Of a stretch of 32,000 bases of DNA, positions 23,905 through 32,000 are shown piece by piece. The DNA is from Candidatus Kuenenia stuttgartensis (GTDB taxonomy: Bacteria; Planctomycetota; Brocadiia; Brocadiales; Brocadiaceae). Under the pieces are notes generated by a model. It did not search any database. It was not told where the DNA came from and saw nothing but the letters and a program-made list of their open reading frames with translations. Position 1 is the stretch's first letter, and each line of letters opens with the position of its first letter. The DNA is taken from NCBI RefSeq assembly GCF_900232105.1, contig NZ_LT934425.1:540001-572000 (forward strand), read 5' to 3'. Made by a program: the position numbers and the translations under genes.

Positions 23905-23967
23905 CCTTTCGTGTTTCGTGGTTAAACTTTTTTGGTTGTGACTTTGCTGCGCTATCTGTATTTCAGG
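23905..23967. repeat. Right half of the interrupted 130-bp dispersed repeat
   Basis: CCTTTCGTGTTTCGTGGTTAAACTTTTTTGGTTGTGACTTTGCTGCGCTATCTGTATTTCAGG aligns with about 8421-8495. Confidence 0.6.
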
Positions 23968-24096
23968 CACTTTAAGGAGTATTATACATCTTTGTTCAAA
24001 TGCTGTAAATACGCCAAAACGGATATACTCTCAGGAGTACACCCGAAAAGGTGCATGCCACGTTGCAAATAAAAAAGCCTTACTACGAAAATATCT

Positions 24097-24309
24097 TTAA
24101 ATATCTCCGGCAGGACTCGTTGCCATTTCACGTCGGCCAATTCTTATCGTGCTTTCTGCAATAACGGTTGCTTTTGAAACGGCAGCCACGCCTCCATATC
24201 CTAATGATTGCGCTTCGGCGGCTGCCCACATTCGACGCCCTCTCTCGCCAAGCTCGACTTTCAGAGTGTCATATTTAACTCGAATTACATTTATTGTCTC
24301 TTTAGAAAT
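24097..24309 (-). pseudogene. N-terminal stub (~70 aa) of an ISAzo13-like transposase
   Basis: ...VKYDTLKVELGERGRRMWAAAEAQSLGYGGVAAVSKATVIAESTIRIGRREM... matches the N-terminal helix-turn-helix region I associate with ISAzo13-family transposases (..ERxRRLWAAAEAxxLGxGGxxxVxxATGxSRxTI..G..EL). The ORF stops after this and no DDE domain follows. Confidence 0.55.
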
Positions 24310-24398
24310 CATCCATGGAATGGAATATAATATAAATGAAAACCAAAAACCTGTATAAACCGATGAGTTATTCATTTACTATACCTAAGTATTTGCAC

Positions 24399-24728
24399 TC
24401 ATAATTTGTGCAATGCGGCCTGAATCAAGAAAAACGATTGCTCAACTCTTTTGTCCCAGGTATTTTGCATAGCTATGGATCGTTGCAGTGCACCGCTTGC
24501 GGGAGTAAAGGATACCAGCGCTTCTTCCAATTTTTGAACAAAGTCATCTCCATCTTTAGCTATATAAACTACATGACCGTGTTCACGTATGACTGGAATA
24601 TCAGTGGCTACAACTGGTTTCCCGCAGGCGAAATATTCATAGAGCTTGAGTGAATCAATGGCCTTTGTATAGTCATCCCGACGGTGCGGTATTATGTGCA
24701 GGTGTTTCCGGATCATGATACGGGCCAT
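24399..24728 (-). pseudogene. C-terminal ~110-aa fragment of a GT4-type (Glycos_transf_1) glycosyltransferase
   Basis: SLKLYEYFACGKPVVATDIPVIRE is the conserved C-terminal GT4 motif region. Only 86 bp separate it from the upstream gene, and its frame closes 66 nt upstream of the ATG, so the ~250-aa N-terminal part is missing. Confidence 0.55.
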
Positions 24729-24814
24729 TGCATCCCTGGGGAGACTAGCCGTCTTTCGCCTGCAATTGTAGTGCGGCCCTGCCTGACTGCACGATTATGT
24801 CGCTCAAAAGCATA

Positions 24815-26704
24815 TTACCACCTATTTGATTGATTAGAATATGTTTCTTTAACGCTGCTTTCGTAATAGAACAGCGTTGCAATTCTGTAAACGGTGCTTA
24901 TGTATGTCCCATATTGAGAAAGTTCTGCCGGGTCAGAGGCCGGCGACGTAATTTTCTCAAACAACCGGCGTTCCGCAAAATTCCAAATAAATGAATCCTT
25001 TTTATCCAGACAAAACTCCCGCATTTGTTCACGCCTTGCCTCGAACCATTTTGTCAAGTCAAACATGTCGGTTTGGAGATGTAATCTTTTGGACGTTTTT
25101 ACCGATTTGGAATAATAACCGAGAATATTCAAAATTCGTTGCCGGACGCTTTTCAATTTCTTGTAACTATAAAAGTTTATCAAGTGCGTTACAGGGCTTT
25201 GAGAACGCCAATGTCCTTTATCCCTCGGCATTCTGTGCAAATCCGGCGATAGTAACCGAATCAGATTATAGTGAAATGGCTCTGTATAGCGTTGTGCTGC
25301 CGACATGGAAAATGCGGCCTCAATAAAGGCGCGGGTAATAAAAGGCGAAAAGAAATCCTGCAATTGCATACACATACGTTTATTACTACCACGTTTTCTG
25401 TGAATCGCTGAGTAAAGGAAAAAAACATCGGGGATGTCGTTCAGTGCAAATCCGTAGTCAGAATACAGTTTTACAAAGTTGTTCATACAATTTCGCGACT
25501 GTTCTATTGCCTCACGACGGATTATTCCACCGCTGTCGTTAACAATCTTCCTGGTAAGGGAATGCTGCATCTGTGCAATATCATACCTGTTCAAAAATAA
25601 ATCCAGGTCAGGTGTGCTGTAAAAACCCCTTGCCAATTCGCCGCCGCTGCCTCCCAGATCTATAATCTGTTGCTCATTGGACAAGACCTGACATGCCAGC
25701 AGCGCTGAGACGTAATCGATGATGACCATGCCGTCTGACTGCAATACAATCTGCCGGCATCCTTGATCCCAGTTGTTTAGAATGTCAGACAACGGTATGT
25801 CTATCAATTTGTAATTAAGGTTAAAAGTATCCGCAATCTGTTTTGCGATTTTCGCGTCGGCACCGGATTTTTCACCGAAGGTGTAATATTGTACCGGCAG
25901 TCCCGCATGGATAAGTAAAGCTGTCACAAAGCGAGTATCAAGCCCGCCAGTCAGGGCACATTTCACGTTATCAAAACTCTGATTCAGGACGCTCAGGATT
26001 TGGGTCAGGTTATCGGCCAGGAGTTTATAATGTGCATCTGTAAATTTTTTATGGCGGAGGCAAGCCAAATCCGAAGGTTTAAAATAACATGTCCGGTCAG
26101 GCTCATCGCGGCCCTCTTTCCATGTCCAAAGTTGTCCTGCTGATACTACTCTGATATCTGACAATAATGTACGGTCGTCCCAAACCCAGCCCGTACTGAG
26201 GAACAAACTTACTCCAAGCGGGTCTAGTGCGCGGAGCTTACAGATACGTCCGATAAGACGCACACTGTTGCTGATTATCCATAAATCACCCTGATGAAAA
26301 TAATAGACCTGTTCCATACCGGCAATGTCGGTCATTAATTCGAGTCGCGCCGGTGTATCTGCAGCGCGTATAATGCAATACATTCCTTCGAGGTTTTCAG
26401 TGAGGCTGTCCCAGTGTGAAGATAAGGCTTCGGCATGGTGCGCGGAATAAGTGCCGCTTGCATTAACAGGCAAACCGCTGTAGAAAACGACGTCAGAGTC
26501 ACTTTGTGCGACATAACGCCTGGGAGCGGCAGTAAGGTCTGCCGTATGCATTGAAGCAGTGAGCATAGAGCCTGAAATGCTTCTACGATGCCATAGTGTA
26601 GTGGAATCCAATCGCGGATAGATTTCATTCATCTTTTTTAATTCCGCCAATACTTCATGATCACGCCCTTCCGGTAAATTCCAGCCAATAACAAATAAAT
26701 TCAT
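24815..26704 (-). CDS. Asparagine-synthetase-like (AsnB family) adenylating enzyme lacking the N-terminal catalytic Cys
   Basis: ATG at 26704 with AAGAGGA upstream (the track's TTG at 26722 adds 6 codons). The PP-loop variant ALTGGLDTRFV sits where AsnB has SGGLDS. The N-terminal domain retains AsnB-like LELMTDIAGMEQVYYF but starts MNLFVIG rather than MCG. Confidence 0.7.
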   Translation of the reverse strand: MNLFVIGWNLPEGRDHEVLAELKKMNEIYPRLDSTTLWHRRSISGSMLTASMHTADLTAAPRRYVAQSDSDVVFYSGLPVNASGTYSAHHAEALSSHWDSLTENLEGMYCIIRAADTPARLELMTDIAGMEQVYYFHQGDLWIISNSVRLIGRICKLRALDPLGVSLFLSTGWVWDDRTLLSDIRVVSAGQLWTWKEGRDEPDRTCYFKPSDLACLRHKKFTDAHYKLLADNLTQILSVLNQSFDNVKCALTGGLDTRFVTALLIHAGLPVQYYTFGEKSGADAKIAKQIADTFNLNYKLIDIPLSDILNNWDQGCRQIVLQSDGMVIIDYVSALLACQVLSNEQQIIDLGGSGGELARGFYSTPDLDLFLNRYDIAQMQHSLTRKIVNDSGGIIRREAIEQSRNCMNNFVKLYSDYGFALNDIPDVFFLYSAIHRKRGSNKRMCMQLQDFFSPFITRAFIEAAFSMSAAQRYTEPFHYNLIRLLSPDLHRMPRDKGHWRSQSPVTHLINFYSYKKLKSVRQRILNILGYYSKSVKTSKRLHLQTDMFDLTKWFEARREQMREFCLDKKDSFIWNFAERRLFEKITSPASDPAELSQYGTYISTVYRIATLFYYESSVKETYSNQSNRW

Positions 26705-26755
26705 GATTTTCCTCTTGCACAAAGAAAGATAGACATTCTCCTGGAAATAGAATGA

Positions 26756-27754
26756 TTATGTAAATTGCTCAAATCTTTTTTTATCTCTTAAATAGCTCTT
26801 AATACGCCTTAACAGTGACACAAAATATTTTATGATATGTTTTGGAAAATCTCTGACGAAGGTTTTCTTTACCTCTTTCTTAATATCCTCCGGGATATTT
26901 CCCAACATTCGTTTTATGTCTTCCCATTCAAAATAAGCACACTTAGTTATCAAAAAACTCACGATTGCACGAGCATAATACATTTTTAGATAATCCATCT
27001 CGTCCTTGTCAAAACTGATACTTTTATAATTACTTAGATTTTTATATCCAAAATCTAAATACTCCAATATATGAAATCCATGCTTAACCAAATAATAAAA
27101 TCCGCCTTTTTTATCTCTCCCCGATTTTGTCAGAACATAATGAACAAAACCAAACTTGTATTTATCCAGTAGTTTAAATACTAATTCCACATCACTCTGG
27201 TTATATTTGCTGTTAAATCCATTGAACTCAAAAAACACACTTTTTTTATACATGACAGTATTTGGGGAGCCGTCGGCAACATGCAATTTCAACAGGATTT
27301 GCTGTTTCAGTATCTCAGCGCCGTTAAAAACATTCTGTTCAATCGGTAAGCCCATGCTTGTTACATAACGGCCAGCTATACGATATGCGGATACAATACC
27401 AATCTGCTCATCCATCTCACCGACTTTGACCATTTTTTCAACACAATCCGGAAATAAATAATCATCAGCCAATGCATACTTTATCCATTTGGAATTGTCC
27501 GAACAGTAACCGGCGCATATATTAAAGTTATCATCCATACATACTGTCTTTTCATTCCGGTAAACCCTGATGCGGGAGTCTTTCTTTCTGTATTTTTCTA
27601 TAATGGATGGGGTGTTATCAGTAGAAGCATTATCTACGATGATATATTCAAAATTCTCATAGGTCTGAGTAAGTACGCCTTTAATGCAATCTTCGATGTG
27701 ATCCTCTCCGTTATACACAGGACTGCAAATACTGACTAATGTTTTAGTGTTCAA
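26756..27754 (-). CDS. Family 2 glycosyltransferase
   Basis: The N-terminal VSICSPVYNGEDHIEDCIKGVLTQTYENFEYIIVDNASTDNT is the classical GT2 signature. Confidence 0.9.
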   Translation of the reverse strand: MNTKTLVSICSPVYNGEDHIEDCIKGVLTQTYENFEYIIVDNASTDNTPSIIEKYRKKDSRIRVYRNEKTVCMDDNFNICAGYCSDNSKWIKYALADDYLFPDCVEKMVKVGEMDEQIGIVSAYRIAGRYVTSMGLPIEQNVFNGAEILKQQILLKLHVADGSPNTVMYKKSVFFEFNGFNSKYNQSDVELVFKLLDKYKFGFVHYVLTKSGRDKKGGFYYLVKHGFHILEYLDFGYKNLSNYKSISFDKDEMDYLKMYYARAIVSFLITKCAYFEWEDIKRMLGNIPEDIKKEVKKTFVRDFPKHIIKYFVSLLRRIKSYLRDKKRFEQFT

Positions 27755-27802
27755 TTTCCCTCTATTCCGGAACCGGAGTATTAAGTTTATTAAAAAACCT
27801 GT

Positions 27803-28978
27803 TCATTTCTGCATTTTCTCAGCGTTCTCTGCATATATCTCTTCGTAAGAATTAAATACTTCAATATAGCTTAGAATAGTATCCATGATATCAAGCTTTG
27901 TGTCATATCTCTCACGTACTACAAGCATAAAGATCCGCTCAATATAAAAAAACCAGCGATAAATCCTCTCAAAAGATTTCAGGCTCCCGGAAACGGCGGG
28001 AGTTATAGCATCTAATTTGGTAATAAGATATGGAAGTGCTGTTTCTATCTCTGCGCTTAATTTGTCAAGTGGAAGTTTCTGATGAAGGGTACGGAAAAAA
28101 AAGTAACTGTAAAAATCAAATAAGGCAGACCGGAAAGTTGCACTTTCCCAATCGATGACTTTTAATCCATGTCTTGTATTCAGCATATTAGCTGGGCAGA
28201 AATCTCCATGGGTAAGCACAAGAAAAATGAGTGAACTATCTTCGGAATGCACACGCTCACCCATCAAGTGAAAAAAACTTAATATTTTATCAATATTCTT
28301 TACACCTAATTCTTTCCTCAGTAAATTGCCAGACACTAAAGTATTTTTAATCTCATAAATATAATTTATTGTGTGTTTCTTTATTGGAAACTGACGTAGT
28401 ATCAAACTCTCAAGACATGGCACAATATCTTTATAAAACTTTTTTAGCAATATCTTAGAATCTCGCGGATTATTTGAATGGTCTTTAGCGCCACTAATAT
28501 ACTCTTCTTCACACCATCGTTCTTTGATATTTATTCTACTTATAGAGGGAGCAAAATCAAATAGAGCTCCATTTTTCAGACATTCCACTTCTTTTGTAAT
28601 AGTTGGAATATCGACATTATTTCGGTACACCTTTATTGCTACTCCGCTACGAATATTAAAAATTTTGTACCCTTTATTGACGAGTACACATGTTTGCCCG
28701 TAAAAAGGCAACTCTACTAACGAACCAATTTTTTGAATACCAAATTTGTATTTTACAAAACTGATAAACGTAAAAATATTTCCGTGAAAATAAGAAATAT
28801 ATTCGCGAATCTTGCGCTTAATCCATCGTATCGAACATTTTTTTAATCCAATTCCATTATTGGGACGTATGCTATTTTTTTTAAAAAATAGCACACAGAA
28901 CAACATAAATGGACTCTGTTGCAAACAAAAATAACGACCATGTTCCATGAATTTTATATACTGGTATTTACGTAACAT
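27803..28978 (-). CDS. APH/choline-kinase-fold phosphotransferase (putative glycan kinase)
   Basis: LTHGDFCPANML (HxDxxxxN catalytic loop) followed by VIDWESA (metal-binding Asp). It lies directly upstream of wzt in the same orientation. Confidence 0.7.
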   Translation of the reverse strand: MLRKYQYIKFMEHGRYFCLQQSPFMLFCVLFFKKNSIRPNNGIGLKKCSIRWIKRKIREYISYFHGNIFTFISFVKYKFGIQKIGSLVELPFYGQTCVLVNKGYKIFNIRSGVAIKVYRNNVDIPTITKEVECLKNGALFDFAPSISRINIKERWCEEEYISGAKDHSNNPRDSKILLKKFYKDIVPCLESLILRQFPIKKHTINYIYEIKNTLVSGNLLRKELGVKNIDKILSFFHLMGERVHSEDSSLIFLVLTHGDFCPANMLNTRHGLKVIDWESATFRSALFDFYSYFFFRTLHQKLPLDKLSAEIETALPYLITKLDAITPAVSGSLKSFERIYRWFFYIERIFMLVVRERYDTKLDIMDTILSYIEVFNSYEEIYAENAEKMQK

Positions 28979-29073
28979 AATTTGGTTTCACTTAACAATT
29001 GGAGATTTTCTTGCTAAAAAATACTATCGAATCAATGGTAATTAACTAATAAAGACATGCTTTACCTATTCGG

Positions 29074-30423
29074 TTATTTAGACAAGGTTGCTAAAACAGA
29101 CTTAGCGCTCTCTGAATGATATTGTGTCTTCCACTTCAGTAGCGGCCTTATGACTCCTCCGACATTCCCGCCATAATAATCCCCACGTGATAAATTGCCA
29201 TCGATACTGTCAACAACCTGAAAAGCTGCCGCATCAGGCACCTTAAAGCGGCGGATATTTGGATTTAAAGTTCTTAGAGTTGGTGTAATATAAAAAATTC
29301 CTTCTCCCAGAAGATTCCCGGGAATCTGTGCATGAGTCACATATCGTCCCGACAAGCGAGGACGATTTCGCCACTCGGGATCATTTTCAAAAGATATAAA
29401 CAATTCAATTCCTTCTTCGTTAATCAGGTGAAAATATGAAAACATATTAAATCCATGCCGAAACACTTCGTATACCATCTCAATAGTAACCGGTTGTCCT
29501 ATGTCAATTGCTTCTGATACGCAACCACTTTCTGAAAGAACCCGTACAGAGTATAAACGCACCACTTCATCACCTGGAGCTTCTTCAGGTTGCCAGGTTC
29601 GCTCTGCCCTCGTTCCTTTTTCTGATCCCATATAATGACTAATAACCTCATGAGACGGTCCATCATGCAAGATACCGCCTTTATTGATTAAAATGGTACG
29701 AGGACATATTCTTGTAACAGCAGCCATATTATGCGAAACAAAAAGGATGGTTCTTCCGTGCTTCCCGATCTCTTCCATTTTATTTAGGCATTTTTTTTGA
29801 AACTGAATGTCCCCAACTGCCAGAACTTCATCAATAAGAAGTACTTCAGGTTCAATGTGGGCTGCTACGGCAAAGGCAAGTCTGACCTTCATACCGCTGG
29901 AATACCTCTTTATTGGGGTATCAATGAATTTTTCAATGCCTGAGAAATCAACGATTTCATCAAACTTGCGATCCAATTCTTTTTTTCTCATGCCAAGTAT
30001 CGTACCGTTAAGATAAACATTTTCTCTCCCGGTGAGTTCCGGATGAAATCCTGTTCCAACCTCAAGAAGGCTTGATATTCTGCCTTGAATTTCCGCTCTT
30101 CCACCAGTCGGTTCGGTAATCTTAGAAAGTATTTTGAGAAGCGTTGATTTCCCCGCACCATTTAGTCCTATTATGCCAACAATTTCGCCCTGCCTGACTT
30201 CAAAAGAAACATTCTTTACCGCCCAAATTATATCAGAACTGTCATTCTCACGGTTCAGGTCATTAAATCTGTAGAGGGAACGATATTTCCGGTAATTTTC
30301 CAGAGGGCTTTTTATAAAGCTGAATATGCTCTTTGCAAAACTGTCGTGCATATTCTCTTTTAGCCCGATCCGATAACACTTACTGATATTTTCAACTTTT
30401 ATTACTATGTTTTTGTCTTGCAT
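29074..30423 (-). CDS. wzt: Polysaccharide ABC-transporter ATP-binding protein Wzt with a ~180-aa C-terminal extension
   Basis: ATG at 30423 with GAGGA 6 nt upstream (the track's 40 extra codons overlap wzm). Walker A GLNGAGKST, signature YSSGMKVRLAFA, Walker B LLIDE. The extra C-terminal beta-rich region (VRLYSVRVLSESG...TIEMVYEV...) sits where Wzt glycan-cap-binding domains are found. Confidence 0.9.
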   Translation of the reverse strand: MQDKNIVIKVENISKCYRIGLKENMHDSFAKSIFSFIKSPLENYRKYRSLYRFNDLNRENDSSDIIWAVKNVSFEVRQGEIVGIIGLNGAGKSTLLKILSKITEPTGGRAEIQGRISSLLEVGTGFHPELTGRENVYLNGTILGMRKKELDRKFDEIVDFSGIEKFIDTPIKRYSSGMKVRLAFAVAAHIEPEVLLIDEVLAVGDIQFQKKCLNKMEEIGKHGRTILFVSHNMAAVTRICPRTILINKGGILHDGPSHEVISHYMGSEKGTRAERTWQPEEAPGDEVVRLYSVRVLSESGCVSEAIDIGQPVTIEMVYEVFRHGFNMFSYFHLINEEGIELFISFENDPEWRNRPRLSGRYVTHAQIPGNLLGEGIFYITPTLRTLNPNIRRFKVPDAAAFQVVDSIDGNLSRGDYYGGNVGGVIRPLLKWKTQYHSESAKSVLATLSK

Positions 30424-30452
30424 ATTATTCCTCATAAGCTGAAATAGCCAAA

Positions 30453-31286
30453 TCAAATTACATCTACAATAATTCTCTCCATACGTCTGAAGTAGTATGC
30501 ACCGCTCAAAACCAGAAAAATGGCCGTGATTATTCCAGGCCATATGAATGGCCAGGGCAACGGCGTACCAAGCAGGCTCGCCCTGAAACCTTCGATCACG
30601 CCTACTATAGGGTTAAAAGAATAAATAATACGATATTTTTCCGGAATGGTGGATGCTGAATAAACAATAGGCGCCGTATAGATCAGTAGTTGCAGCAGAA
30701 AAGGTATTGCATGCTTAATATCACGAAACCTTATAGCAAGTGAAGAAAGCCAAAGTCCTATAGCCGCAGGAATTGATGCCATAAGGAGTATAAATAACGG
30801 CACAAAAAGAAGATTGAGGGTAGCCGGAACATTATAATAAAACATAACTGCCAGTACAATTACTATGGATATTGCGAAGTCAATAAGTCTTGATAGTATT
30901 GGCACAAGGGGGAATATCAGTCTTGGAATATAAACTTTACCCAGCATTTGCTGCCCTGACACCAGACTCTGACTGGATTCCTGCATCGCCTGTGACATAT
31001 ACGTCCAGGGAATAATTGCCACAGTTGAAAAGAGAAAATATGGTATACCCTCTGTTGACACGTTGGCAATTTTCCCAAATATGATGCTAAAAACAATAAT
31101 TTGCATGCCCGGTTTGAGTATGGCCCAGAATAATCCCAGAATTGTCTGAGCATACATAATCTTGATATCTCTCCAGGCAAGAAAATAAAACAGGTCTCTG
31201 TATTCAATAAATTCCTTCAGATTCAATATTTGCCAGCCCTTTTTCGGCTTAATAACAGTCAACTTGGTGTTGCTTGCGTTCAACAT
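30453..31286 (-). CDS. wzm: Polysaccharide ABC-transporter permease Wzm (ABC-2 type)
   Basis: ATG at 31286 (MLNASNTKLTVIKPKKGWQILNLKEFIEYRDLFYFLAWRDIKIMYAQTILG is the typical Wzm N-terminus). About 6 hydrophobic segments. It overlaps the upstream gene's stop by 7 nt. Confidence 0.9.
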   Translation of the reverse strand: MLNASNTKLTVIKPKKGWQILNLKEFIEYRDLFYFLAWRDIKIMYAQTILGLFWAILKPGMQIIVFSIIFGKIANVSTEGIPYFLFSTVAIIPWTYMSQAMQESSQSLVSGQQMLGKVYIPRLIFPLVPILSRLIDFAISIVIVLAVMFYYNVPATLNLLFVPLFILLMASIPAAIGLWLSSLAIRFRDIKHAIPFLLQLLIYTAPIVYSASTIPEKYRIIYSFNPIVGVIEGFRASLLGTPLPWPFIWPGIITAIFLVLSGAYYFRRMERIIVDVI

Positions 31287-32000
31287 ATCCCTTGATCTCC
31301 TTGATTCTCTTTTGCTAAGTTTACATATAAAGCCTTCATCAAATCTTCGGGTGTACCAATGTCCAGACAATTACCCTCTTTGAAAAGTACAGAATCAATC
31401 CGTATCTTATTCTCTATAGCGGCCTGAATAACATCTCCTACAAACAATTCTTTTTTATATCCTAAATTATCGCTCTCTTTTCTGCCTGATACATAATTAT
31501 GCATGTAATCTGTAAAAGCCGGTGTCCATACGGCAATCTGCCATGTATAAGTCAGTTGAGTATTTTCCGGTTTTATATGAAGCGCGCGAATCTGGCTATT
31601 AGTATCGAGTTCTACCATATCGTTTTTATGAGGACGATCAGTGGGAAAAAGCCCAAGCACTATGTCAGAACCTGTCTCTGCCTGTTTGTCAAGTACGCGC
31701 ACATATGCATTGTCCGGTTGAAATATTATATCAGGGAATCCTAAAGCAACGAGGGCATCCTGCACAAAGGGATATGCCTGATCCAATGTATAAGGTACTC
31801 CGTAAGGTAAACCCATCATCAAATATGCAAGGTGCATATCCAGCAATTTACCATCACCATAATAAGTGGGGATATCCCACTTCCCTTCACGTAATATAAT
31901 ATACGCCTTCGTGATGTTGGCCATTCGCATCTTCTCTAAAATATAATGACTGACAACTTTTGGACGCCGGGCATTATTATTTTCTACATAACGAAAGCCG
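31280..32000 (-). CDS. Sugar-phosphate nucleotidyltransferase (NTP_transferase family), 5' end beyond the window
   Basis: The frame stays open upstream of the track's first Met (31930) to the window edge (...GFRYVENNNARRPKVVSHYILEKMRMANI...), so the G-rich nucleotide-binding N-terminus is missing here. The body (LGFPDIIFQPDN..., VGDVIQAAIENKIRIDSV..., DIGTPEDL) resembles RmlA-like enzymes. Confidence 0.65.
   Translation of the reverse strand, partial: GFRYVENNNARRPKVVSHYILEKMRMANITKAYIILREGKWDIPTYYGDGKLLDMHLAYLMMGLPYGVPYTLDQAYPFVQDALVALGFPDIIFQPDNAYVRVLDKQAETGSDIVLGLFPTDRPHKNDMVELDTNSQIRALHIKPENTQLTYTWQIAVWTPAFTDYMHNYVSGRKESDNLGYKKELFVGDVIQAAIENKIRIDSVLFKEGNCLDIGTPEDLMKALYVNLAKENQGDQGIC

Noticed and set aside
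24310-24375. First 22 codons (MNNSSVYTGFWFSFILYSIPWM) of the 92-aa ORF as part of a real protein
   Set aside because: Only the distal ~70 aa resemble a transposase N-terminus. The hydrophobic start looks like fortuitous read-in upstream of a decayed gene.
26335-31207. Overlapping or antisense ORFs within the glycan cluster (26335-26628, 24991-25326, 27156-27368, 29807-30016, 30917-31207, 31499-31899)
   Set aside because: Each is contained within a longer ORF that has clear family motifs. None has independent support.

Overview
Moderately AT-rich bacterial accessory region; I cannot identify the organism from the sequence. Almost every credible gene is on the minus strand. (1) 1-8.5 kb is a pile-up of mobile elements. 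It holds an unclassified 1.7-kb IS-like unit (518-aa ORF) that recurs with a single mismatch at 22.2-23.9 kb. It also holds a 210-240-bp MITE in two inverted copies (one with a clean 7-bp target duplication), a predicted outer-membrane beta-barrel gene, and an IS110-family element with a long 3' non-coding arm. The last element is a Tn5/IS50-like IS whose transposase carries a ~300-aa DUF4338-like N-terminal fusion. (2) 8.65-21.65 kb is a tightly coupled four-gene operon for membrane-anchored modular surface proteins. The largest is 3,015 aa: PhoA-type alkaline phosphatase, then 5 LamG and 9 SbsA-type Ig modules, then an SGNH-like domain whose nucleophile Ser is Gly. The operon is full of near-identical in-frame DNA repeats and duplicated gene-junction modules. 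This is my best candidate for an undescribed system. (3) 21.65-24.7 kb is a decay zone containing the second IS copy (inserted into a dispersed 130-bp repeat), an ISAzo13-like transposase stub and a truncated GT4 gene. (4) 24.8-32 kb is an ABC-transporter-dependent glycan cluster: AsnB-like, GT2, APH-fold kinase, wzt with a C-terminal extension, wzm, and a nucleotidyltransferase that runs off the window. No rRNA, tRNA or CRISPR was seen. Repeat coordinates read off the sequence by eye may be off by 1-2 bp. All family names come from motif recognition, not searches.
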